NCBI GenBank assembly: GCA_041611735.1
Contig: JBFIML010000058.1
Span: 1 to 18,049, forward strand
DNA: 18,049 bases
Origin: Myxococcota bacterium
Lineage (GTDB): Bacteria > Myxococcota_A > UBA9160 > PR03
Direction: 5' to 3'
Under the pieces are notes generated by a model. The model ran no database searches and had not been told where the DNA came from. It saw only the letters and a program-made list of their open reading frames with translations. Positions 1 to 7,175 of the stretch are shown piece by piece; positions within the stretch are counted from its first letter, which is position 1; each line of letters starts with the position of its first letter. Position numbers and translations under genes: made by a program.

Positions 1-27
1 AGCCTGTACCCTGTCCTCGAGGGTCAT
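1..27 (-). CDS. 5' end of a gene leaving the window (MTLEDRVQA...), possibly a transposase
   Basis: ATG at 27 (minus) with AAGGGAG about 8 nt upstream. Only 9 codons are visible; the N-terminus recalls IS481-family transposases from memory, unverified. Confidence 0.45.
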
Positions 28-128
28 CGGGCCGTCTCCCTTGTTCGTGTTTGGCGACAAGAACTTAGGAGATCAGGTCCGTTGACCCTCCTTTGCGTCG
101 GGTCCGAAGTGTCAACACCTTTCGGACA
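1..128 (-). mobile_element. Probable left end of an insertion sequence (IS481-like) running off the window start
   Basis: The minus strand from 128 reads TGTCCGAAAGGTGTTGACAC, a TGT-initiated end of the style seen in IS481-family elements. About 100 bp further on are an RBS (AAGGGAG) and an ATG. The true end could instead be near 135. The partner IR is not in the window. Confidence 0.45.
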
Positions 129-237
129 TAGTTCACCCTAGGGACTCTTCCCCTGTAGTGCCTTCAATTGTCTATGAAGCCTTTCGACATTGGCAGAGAT
201 ATTGTCAAATCTTGTGGATTGGGTTCTGACCAGACGC

Positions 238-269
238 CAAACAACCACGCCCCGGCCGAAGCCGGGGCG
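238..269 (-). terminator. Intrinsic terminator of the 322-657 gene
   Basis: Minus strand: 9-bp stem CGCCCCGGC / GCCGGGGCG (248-269) closing a C(UUCG)G tetraloop, followed by UGGUUGUUU, about 50 nt after the stop codon. Confidence 0.7.
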
Positions 270-321
270 CGTCAAGTTCTGATTCCAGAGGGAGGCAGGG
301 CCACCCCCAGAAAACTGAGAA

Positions 322-657
322 TCAGTCCCTAATGTTGTCGAGCAGCTGCGGGATCAGGCCGCACCGTGCATTGGTAATGACGAACTGAGAGGCAGAGTCG
401 AAAGTGATCTGGCCCTCCGAGAACAGCACCATCAGAGCATTCAGGTCATCGAAGGTATCATCATTCAGGATCGCCGAGGACACGAGAAAGCCCAGGTTGT
501 TGAACTGACGCAACTCGAGAAAATCATCCACAGCGTCGTTGGTGGCGGCGAGAAGATCGCAGTCAACGTCCAGCGGCTGAGCGGCATGGGCCGTCGAGAC
601 GCTGAGCAGCAGGCCGGCCGTCACTGCCAGAGTGGTTAAGAGATTTCTGGTTCTCAT
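322..657 (-). CDS. Small secreted hypothetical protein (111 aa, Sec signal peptide, acidic, two Cys)
   Basis: The true start is likely ATG 657, with GGAGGT 5 nt upstream, rather than 825. The N-terminus MRTRNLLTTLAVTAGLLLSVSTAHA-AQ is a classic signal peptide with AHA cleavage. The gene has its own terminator. GC is lower than the core (line 421-480 counts 50%). Confidence 0.8.
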   Translation of the reverse strand: MRTRNLLTTLAVTAGLLLSVSTAHAAQPLDVDCDLLAATNDAVDDFLELRQFNNLGFLVSSAILNDDTFDDLNALMVLFSEGQITFDSASQFVITNARCGLIPQLLDNIRD

Positions 658-686
658 ATCGCACCTCCCGAGGTTCAGTTGCATCA

Positions 687-711
687 CAGTGGGCACGACG
701 CGTGCCCACTG
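687..711. repeat. Perfect 11-bp inverted repeat upstream of the small secreted-protein gene
   Basis: CAGTGGGCACG-acg-CGTGCCCACTG. Confidence 0.8.
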
Positions 712-855
712 CGCAGCCTTGGTAGTAGACGGGACGCATTCGCAAACTGCAAGATAAATAGGCGAACTTTCGGGGCCGAACGCTGGAATGGGTAGACCGA
801 GCGAATGCGCAAGCCGCGCCAGCAACCTTCGGGCGACCTTGGGTTTCCCTGCTTT

Positions 856-890
856 CGGGGCTGCGGGGCTGCGGGGCTAGCGGGGGGCTT
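856..890 (+). repeat. Tandem CGGGGCT(G/A) octamer repeats / four G-tracts
   Basis: CGGGGCTG CGGGGCTG CGGGGCTA G CGGGGGGCTT at 856-890. Confidence 0.8.
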
Positions 891-897
891 CCCTCGT

Positions 898-930
898 GCT
901 CGGGGGGGCTTGGCAAAGACCCCCCCGAGC
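898..930. repeat. G7/C7 hairpin (11-bp perfect stem, 11-nt loop)
   Basis: GCTCGGGGGGG-cttggcaaaga-CCCCCCCGAGC. Confidence 0.85.
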
Positions 931-1035
931 GGCGACCGACTTGGGGCGCCGATCCTCGCAGCCGGCCGGCGTCTTCGACTCCAGGCCCGGAGGCTTGATC
1001 TTGGAGTCAGGCGGTCCCGGGAACCGTAGGTCAGG

Positions 1036-1088
1036 GCCGAAAACAGGGTTGAAAACGAGGGGTTGAAGGTTGAAGCATGGCCGAAAAC
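1036..1088 (+). repeat. Short direct repeats around the start of the phage-like ORF
   Basis: GGTTGAA at 1047, 1061 and 1068; GCCGAAAAC at 1036 and 1080. Confidence 0.7.
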
Positions 1089-1553
1089 GTTGGTGCCGTC
1101 GGCGGCCGTCCGCGGAGCGCCCGGCGGGCTCGAGCCCGGCAGCGGGCGGAGCACACCATCACGCTCGAGGACGTTCGCCGGTATCGGCATATGGGCGTCA
1201 TCCCGGCGTCGATGCGACCGCTCGTCCGCCTGGCCGAGGACGAGCTGGCGGCCTGGGTGCAAGACCTCGGCGGCCCGTCCGAGGTCTCGGCCCAGGAGCG
1301 GGCCGTCCTCGAGGACGCGGCTCGCCTGGGCGTGATCCTGCGGGCCCAGGTCTTGCGCTTCATGCGGAGCGACGGGAACGACCGCCACGCGGCCACCAGC
1401 GCCACCACGGCCGCCGCCACGCGCCGGGCGAGCCTCCCGGCCGTCGGGCTCGGCCGGCGGGCCCGGGAGATCGACCGAGCCCCGGGACCTGGCCTTCGCC
1501 GACTTCGCGAGACGGCAGTATACGGCACCAGGCCCGATCCGAGCCTCAAGTGA
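1077..1553 (+). CDS. Hypothetical phage/mobile-element protein (possibly terminase-small-subunit-like)
   Basis: Protein-like helical core (AAWVQDLGGPSEVSAQERAVLEDAARLGVIL...VGLGRRAREID) with GC-rich third positions. The DLGG...GLxRRAR pattern is recalled from prophage-associated hypothetical proteins. The last ~25 aa look non-native. Confidence 0.55.
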   Translation: MAENVGAVGGRPRSARRARARQRAEHTITLEDVRRYRHMGVIPASMRPLVRLAEDELAAWVQDLGGPSEVSAQERAVLEDAARLGVILRAQVLRFMRSDGNDRHAATSATTAAATRRASLPAVGLGRRAREIDRAPGPGLRRLRETAVYGTRPDPSLK

Positions 1554-1588
1554 TTTCCCGGAAGAAGTAGCTAACTCCCCGGAATCGC

Positions 1589-1664
1589 TGGCGCCCCCGG
1601 CAGGACTCGAACCTGCGACACGCGGTTTAGGAAACCGCTGCTCTGTCCCCTGAGCTACGGGGGC
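1589..1664 (-). tRNA. tRNA-Arg, anticodon CCU
   Basis: GCCCCCGTAGCTCAGGGGACAGAGCAGCGGTTTCCTAAACCGCGTGTCGCAGGTTCGAGTCCTGCCGGGGGCGCCA: 7-bp acceptor stem, anticodon arm GCGGT-TTCCTAA-ACCGC, GTTCGAG T-loop, encoded CCA. Confidence 0.97.
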
Positions 1665-1870
1665 GGGCCCCGGGGAGCCTAACGCACGCCGGGGTGGGGA
1701 GTTCTGCCGCGTGAGCGGCCCGGGGCGCCAGGCGAGCGAGCGGCGCGCGCGCATCCCGGGAACCCCCGAAACCCGGAATCCCCAGATACCCCGCAGGTTT
1801 CCACTTCGGGACGGCGGTCGTCCAGCCGAGAAGAACGGCGGAACATGCCGTCCCGGGTCGGGACGCGCGC

Positions 1871-3460
1871 ATGTTCGCAAGCTCGCCCAGGGAGGGGACG
1901 CGCGTCGTGCAGGCTCGCACGCAGCTCGGGCTCGTACTCGGTGTCGCCGCGCTGCTGGCCTGCGCCGTGACGCCGGAGCCCCTCCCGCCCGAGGAGCGCA
2001 TGGCGCGGGCCGAGGCGGACCTCGCTCTCCTGTTCGCTCCCGAGGAGCCGCTGGACGGCCCCGTCGATCTCTACGCCGCCATGGGCCGGGCGGTGCGCTT
2101 CAACCTGGACCACCGGCTGGCGCGCATGGAGCAGGCCCTGGCCGACCGCCGCCTGGCGGACGCGCGACTCGACCTCCTCCCGCGCCTCGTGGCCACCGAC
2201 GGCTACTACGGGCGCAGCAACGATCTCGGCTCCGTGAGCGAGTCCCTGCTCACGGGCAACCAGTCCCTGGAGGCCTCCACCTCCCAGGAGCGGACCGTCC
2301 ACCGCAGGGACCTCACCCTGGCCTGGAACGTGCTCGACTTCGGTCTCTCCTGGGTGCGCGCGTCCCAGGAGGCCAACCAGAGCCTGATCGCCCGGGAGCG
2401 GCGCATGAAGGCGGTGCAGCAGGTGGTGGCGGAGGTGCGCCGCTCCTTCTGGCGCGTTGCGGCGGCCCAGCGTGCGCTTCCGGAAGTGGAGCGGGTCACG
2501 GAGGCGGTGCGCTTCGCCCTGGCCCGCTCGCGAGAGCTCGAGGCGGAGCGGTTGCAGGATCCCTCGGAAGCCCTGGCCTACCGGCGCGCCCTGCTCACGC
2601 GGCTCGAGGAGCTCGGCGCCCTGCGGCGAGAGCTCGAGCTGGCGGAAGTGGAGCTGGCGGCGCTCCTGAATGCGCGCCCGGGAAGCCACCTGGAGCTCGT
2701 GACGCCGGATCCGGAGGACTGGGTCGTTCCGGCGCTTCTGCTCCCCCTCGAGACCATGGAGAGCGACGCGCTCCTGGCACGCTCGGAGCTTCGGGAGCAG
2801 GACTACCAGCTCCGCATCAGTCGCCTGGAGGTACGGCGCGCCATGCTCCGCGTGCTGCCCGGTCTCGAGCTCTCGGTGGGGCGTCACCAGGACAGCAACA
2901 GGTACCTCACCAACGAGGACTGGTGGAGCTGGAGCGCCGTTCTCAGCCACAACCTGATCCAGCTCGTGACGGCTCCGAGCGACATCCGGGTAGCGCGCGC
3001 GGGAGTGGACGTGGCGAACGTGCGCCGGCTCGCCCTCAGCATGGCGGTGATCGCCCAGGTGCACGTGGCGCACCGGCAGTACGAACGGGCGCTCGACGCC
3101 CTGCGCGTGGCCGAGGAGGCGCGCCGGGTCGAGGCGCGCCAGCTGGACGTCTCCCGGGCACGCCTCGATGCCGGGCGCAGCTCGCGCCTCGATCTGGTGC
3201 GCAGCGAGACCGACGAGTTGCTGGCCGGGCTGCGTCACCAGCTCGCCTACGCGGACCTCCAGGGTGCCTACGGGCGGCTGCTGAGCTCGCTGGGGGTGCG
3301 CCCCTACCGGGAGGAGGAGGAGCTGGCGGATGCCGGGGCGCTGGCCGCGAGCATCCGTGCGGCGGAGCAGAGCTGGCGGCGCCGAGCCGAGATCCTGCGC
3401 GACCACCCCGGCGCGGTGGTGGTCTCCGACTACCCGGCGGGAGACGTGCGCGCCAACTGA
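1871..3460 (+). CDS. TolC-family outer membrane efflux/secretion protein, probable lipoprotein
   Basis: Lipobox-like signal (LGLVLGVAALLA-C) and two OEP-type repeats (AMGRAVRFNLDHRLAR...LDLLPRL...LAWNVLDFG; ALLARSELRE...LRVLPGLELS...SRLDLVRSE). A GTG at 1907 after GGAGG is a plausible alternative start. Confidence 0.85.
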   Translation: MFASSPREGTRVVQARTQLGLVLGVAALLACAVTPEPLPPEERMARAEADLALLFAPEEPLDGPVDLYAAMGRAVRFNLDHRLARMEQALADRRLADARLDLLPRLVATDGYYGRSNDLGSVSESLLTGNQSLEASTSQERTVHRRDLTLAWNVLDFGLSWVRASQEANQSLIARERRMKAVQQVVAEVRRSFWRVAAAQRALPEVERVTEAVRFALARSRELEAERLQDPSEALAYRRALLTRLEELGALRRELELAEVELAALLNARPGSHLELVTPDPEDWVVPALLLPLETMESDALLARSELREQDYQLRISRLEVRRAMLRVLPGLELSVGRHQDSNRYLTNEDWWSWSAVLSHNLIQLVTAPSDIRVARAGVDVANVRRLALSMAVIAQVHVAHRQYERALDALRVAEEARRVEARQLDVSRARLDAGRSSRLDLVRSETDELLAGLRHQLAYADLQGAYGRLLSSLGVRPYREEEELADAGALAASIRAAEQSWRRRAEILRDHPGAVVVSDYPAGDVRAN

Positions 3461-5811
3461 GACGCGTCCCGAAGGGCCGAGCGGACCACGGCGACCAGCT
3501 CGTCCGCTTCGAAGGGCTTGTGCACGAAGCCGGCGATGCGCGCGCTTCCGACCCGGCTCAGGGCGTCCGTCTTGTCGTAGCCGCTGGCGAGGACCACCGG
3601 GACGTCGGGCCGGATCCCGCCCAGGGCGTGAGCCACCTGGACGCCGTCGCCCTCGGGCATGGTGAGATCCACGAGCGCCAGGGCGATGTCCACCGCGTGG
3701 CGGCGGAACACCGCCACGGCCTCGTTTCCGTTGGCCGCCTCCAGGGCCCGGAAGCCGGCCCGCTCCAGCAGATCCACCGCCACGCGCCGCACGTCCTCCT
3801 CGTCGTCGACCACGAGCAGCGTGCCGAGCGGCTGGGGGACCGAGGTGGGCTGCGCCACGGGTGCCCGCCGGAGCCGGGCAACGGGCCGGCCGCCGGCCCG
3901 GGGCAGCAGCACCCGGAAGGTGGTGCCTTGCCCGGGCGCCGTCCGCAGCCGGATCGTCCCGCCGTGGGCCGCCACGATCCCCAGCGCCGCCGCCAGGCCC
4001 AGGCCTCGACCCGTGGTCTTGGTGGTGAAGAAGGGATCGAAGATGCGGGTGCGGGTGGGGGCGTCCATGCCGCAGCCGGAGTCGAAGACCTCGAGGAAGA
4101 CGTAGCTCCCCTCCTCGATCCCCTCGCGCAGCTCGCAGCCCGCCAGGTAGGCCTGGTCCACGCGGGCCGTGCCGGTGCGGACGAGGATCTCGCCGTCGCT
4201 GTCCCCGAGCGCGTCCGAGGCGTTCGTGATCAGGTTCATCACGATCTGGCGAAGCTGGGCCACGTCGGCCTGGACGGCGGGCAGGTCGCGGGCCAGCTCG
4301 CAGCGCAGCCGGGCGCTCTTGCGGATCGAGCTCTCCAGGAGGCCGGCCATCTCCTCCACCAGCTCCGAGAGGTCCACCGTCCGCACGTCCACCGGCGCAC
4401 GCCCCGAGTAGACGAGCATCTGGTGAGTCAGCTCGGCGGCCCGTCGCCCGGCCTTGCGGATCCGCTCCACCCGGCCGCGCACGGGCGCCTCGGGGGCGAG
4501 GTCCATCAGGGCGAGGTCCGCATGGCCGAGGATCGCGGCCAGCAGGTTGTTGAAGTCGTGGGCGATTCCGCCGGCCAGGATCCCCAGGCTCTCCAGGCGC
4601 TGCACCTCCTGCATGCGACCCTCGAGTGCGTGCCGGTCGCGCGCCTCCAGGGCCAGGGCCACGAAGTCCGCGATGGACGCCGCGAAGACCTCCTCCTCGG
4701 GCGCCCAGCGGCGCGTGGAGCCCACGTGCTCGTGGCACACCACGCCCGCCGTCTCGCCGCGGAAGCGGACCGGCGCGTCCAGCATGGACGTGATGCCGAG
4801 GGGCGCCAGGTAGCCCTCGACGAACTCGCTGGTGCGGGGATCGTGCAGCGCGTCGGCCACGGCCAGGGCGCGCTCCTGTTCGAGGGCCGAGAAGTAGCGT
4901 GGGTACTGGATCGACTCGAGCTCGAGACCGCGGGAGTGGTCGCCGGTCCGGCGATCCAGGACGTCGGCGCTCACGATCTTCGTGCGCTCGGTGTCGAACA
5001 GGAAGATGCCCACCCGGGCCACGTCGAGGCTGGCGGCCGCCGTCTCGGTGATCTGCGTGAAGGCGCTCTCGAGGTTGCCCTCCACGATGGCCCGGCTCTT
5101 GGCGAGCTGGAGCAGGACCACGTTGAAGCGGGCCAGACGCACCTCGCGCGCGCGCAGCTCGCTCTCGACCCGGCGGCGCACCACCAGCTCGTGGGCGCGT
5201 CCCTCTGCCAGGCGCACCAGGGCGATCAGGCGGCTCGTGTTGCGCACGCGCACCTCGTGCACCACCGTCGAGAGCACCGTCACGAAGCCGATGGCGTAGG
5301 CGAAGTGGATCCAGGCCGGGTCCGGCGGTGCGGCGAGGGCGAGCACCACCCAGCTGCCTGCCGTCGCCACGAGGCCCACCGCGAGCCAGGGGCGCGAGAG
5401 CAGCAGGAAGCCGCACGCCGCCAGCAGGATCAGGAAGTTCGTGGTCTGGCGCGGCTCGGGCACCAGGGCCAGGTGGGTGGTGCTGTTCACGAGCACGACC
5501 AGGCCGATGGCGGCCATCAGCCGGTGTCCCCACCCGAAGGGGACCGGGCGTCGGCGCAGGGCGAGCCAGAGGCCGAGGAGCCCCACGCCGGAGCTGGCGG
5601 CGAGGCCCGTGAGCCAGGGCGCCGCATGGGCCGGCACCACGAAGGGATGGGAGAGCGTCAAGACCCCGTACACGGCTCCCAGGAACACCGCCGTCAGGGG
5701 AACCGCCCGGGCCACGGCCGCGTCCAGGGCGTCGGCCAGGGCCTCGGGCGGGAGGGCCGCCTCCGCGGGCGTAGCTTCGGGCGCCGAGCTGTCGAGGACT
5801 GCGCCGATCAT
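3430..5811 (-). CDS. Membrane-bound hybrid sensor histidine kinase (multiple TM - GAF - HisKA - HATPase - REC), CckA-like
   Basis: Several N-terminal TM helices and a GAF domain (LAPLGITSMLDAPV...VVCHEH...RRW). Intact H-box GGIAHDFNNLL, N-box NLITNA, DSGCGM, FDPFFTTK and GRGLGLA. Receiver with VVDDE, DLTMP, SGY, KPF. Confidence 0.93.
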   Translation of the reverse strand: MIGAVLDSSAPEATPAEAALPPEALADALDAAVARAVPLTAVFLGAVYGVLTLSHPFVVPAHAAPWLTGLAASSGVGLLGLWLALRRRPVPFGWGHRLMAAIGLVVLVNSTTHLALVPEPRQTTNFLILLAACGFLLLSRPWLAVGLVATAGSWVVLALAAPPDPAWIHFAYAIGFVTVLSTVVHEVRVRNTSRLIALVRLAEGRAHELVVRRRVESELRAREVRLARFNVVLLQLAKSRAIVEGNLESAFTQITETAAASLDVARVGIFLFDTERTKIVSADVLDRRTGDHSRGLELESIQYPRYFSALEQERALAVADALHDPRTSEFVEGYLAPLGITSMLDAPVRFRGETAGVVCHEHVGSTRRWAPEEEVFAASIADFVALALEARDRHALEGRMQEVQRLESLGILAGGIAHDFNNLLAAILGHADLALMDLAPEAPVRGRVERIRKAGRRAAELTHQMLVYSGRAPVDVRTVDLSELVEEMAGLLESSIRKSARLRCELARDLPAVQADVAQLRQIVMNLITNASDALGDSDGEILVRTGTARVDQAYLAGCELREGIEEGSYVFLEVFDSGCGMDAPTRTRIFDPFFTTKTTGRGLGLAAALGIVAAHGGTIRLRTAPGQGTTFRVLLPRAGGRPVARLRRAPVAQPTSVPQPLGTLLVVDDEEDVRRVAVDLLERAGFRALEAANGNEAVAVFRRHAVDIALALVDLTMPEGDGVQVAHALGGIRPDVPVVLASGYDKTDALSRVGSARIAGFVHKPFEADELVAVVRSALRDASQLARTSPAG

Positions 5812-5911
5812 GGTACGGGGAGCCCGCGCGCGGTGGCCCGCCGAAACCGGCGTCGGGCCATGCCCCAGGCTACCACGTCCGGTGCGGAAGCGGCCGTGCG
5901 GCCGCAGGCGC

Positions 5912-6436
5912 TCAGAACTCGATCACCGTGTGGATGCGGTTCAGGTCCAGGCGCTTGCGGCCGGCCAGGGCCGTGAGCTCCATCAGGAAGGCGCACCCCA
6001 CCACCTCCGCGCCGGCGGAGCGGGCGAGGCGCACGGTGGCGGCGGCGGTCCCTCCGGTGGCGATCAGGTCGTCCACCACGAGGATGCGATGCTCGGGCCG
6101 GACCGCGTCCACGTGCATCTCCACCGTGTCCGTGCCGTACTCCAGGTCATAGGTCTCGCTCAGCGTGTGGTGGGGCAGCTTGCCCGCCTTGCGTGCGATG
6201 GCCAGGCCGGCACCGAGCGCGATGGCCACCGGCGCGCCCAGCAGGAAGCCGCGCGACTCGATCCCGATCACCCGGTCGACGCGCTCGCCGCGGAAGGGAG
6301 CGGCCAGGGCATCCACCGCCTGGCGCAGGGCGCGCGGGTCGGCCAGGAGTGGCGTCAGGTCCCGGAACAGGATGCCGGGCCGGGGAAAGTCCGGGATGTC
6401 CCGGATGAAGGCGCGCAGGTCGAGGGCGTCGCGCAC
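5912..6436 (-). CDS. apt: Adenine phosphoribosyltransferase
   Basis: IPDFPRPGILFRD, GIESRGF, RKAGKLP, YDLEYG and the PRPP motif VVDDLIATGGT; GTG start 1 bp after the upstream stop. Confidence 0.97.
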   Translation of the reverse strand: MRDALDLRAFIRDIPDFPRPGILFRDLTPLLADPRALRQAVDALAAPFRGERVDRVIGIESRGFLLGAPVAIALGAGLAIARKAGKLPHHTLSETYDLEYGTDTVEMHVDAVRPEHRILVVDDLIATGGTAAATVRLARSAGAEVVGCAFLMELTALAGRKRLDLNRIHTVIEF

Positions 6437-6437
6437 G

Positions 6438-7175
6438 CTATCCCCTCGCCGTCCGCGGCAGGCATAGCAGCGGGTCGCGGGGCTCGTCGCCGCGGCGGAC
6501 CTCGAAGTGGAGGTGCGGACCGGTGGCGTTACCGGTGCGTCCGACCTCCGCGATCACCTGCCCCTTTTGCACGGAGGCTCCCTTGCGCACCAGGTTGCGA
6601 TGGTTGTGGGCGTAGACGGTCGCCCAGCGACCCGGGTGCCGCACGATCACCACGTTACCGTAGGCGCCCAGGCCCCGGCCGCTGTGGATCACCCGGCCGG
6701 CCTCGGCGGCACGCACCAGCGTGCGCGGGTGGGCGGCGATGTCGATGCCGTCGTGGTGACGGCGCCGTCCGCGGCGGCCATAGCGGGAGGTGAGCTTGCC
6801 CTGTACCGGCCAGGCGAACACGAGGCCCGCCTCGTGGTGGGCGTCGCAGGCGGAGGCCGGGGGCGGAACGCGCGCCAGGCGCGGCGGCGAATCGGGGCCG
6901 CCGGCCGCGCCGGGGATCCAGAGCCGAGCCCCGGTGGGGACCGCCCGCACGTCGCGGATGCCGTTCGCGCGCACGATCGCCTCCACGGGGACACCGTAGC
7001 GCCGGGAAAGGCGCCAGACGGTCTCTCCGGGGCGCACCACGTGGTAGGCGCCGGGCGGCGGCTCGGGGGCCGGCGGGGGGCGCGGCGGCGGATCCGACGC
7101 ACAGCCCAACACCCACGCCGCCAGGAGCGCCCGGGCCAGGGGCGGCCCGCATCGCCGCCGCTTCAGACCGCCCAT
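6438..7175 (-). CDS. nlpD: LysM + M23 peptidase lipoprotein (NlpD-like)
   Basis: Likely start ATG 7175, overlapping the pcm stop. Lipobox VLG-C, Pro-rich linker, LysM (YHVVRPGETVWRLSRRYGV), and M23 with intact HDGID, YAHN and HLHFE motifs. It lies downstream of pcm, as nlpD does in other bacteria. Confidence 0.88.
   Translation of the reverse strand: MGGLKRRRCGPPLARALLAAWVLGCASDPPPRPPPAPEPPPGAYHVVRPGETVWRLSRRYGVPVEAIVRANGIRDVRAVPTGARLWIPGAAGGPDSPPRLARVPPPASACDAHHEAGLVFAWPVQGKLTSRYGRRGRRRHHDGIDIAAHPRTLVRAAEAGRVIHSGRGLGAYGNVVIVRHPGRWATVYAHNHRNLVRKGASVQKGQVIAEVGRTGNATGPHLHFEVRRGDEPRDPLLCLPRTARG

Noticed and set aside
110-115. TTGACA on the minus strand as a sigma70 -35 box
   Set aside because: No acceptable -10 hexamer at 16-18 bp spacing (AGGAGG at 17 bp).
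658-825. N-terminal 56 aa of the 322-825 ORF
   Set aside because: The RBS and signal peptide point to ATG 657; the upstream part spans palindromic regulatory DNA.
805-1029. 74-aa plus-strand ORF
   Set aside because: It consists largely of the G-tract repeats and hairpin; no RBS or recognisable motif.
856-1088. Possible CRISPR array
   Set aside because: The repeats are 7-9 bp without regular unique spacers, and there are no cas genes.
684-1880. 398-aa minus-strand ORF
   Set aside because: It reads through the tRNA gene and repeat region and is antisense to 1077-1553; no protein-like character.
1679-5976. 1284-aa (-) and 1421-aa (+) ORFs
   Set aside because: Chimeras of the shifted and antisense frames of the tolC and kinase genes; no independent coding signal.
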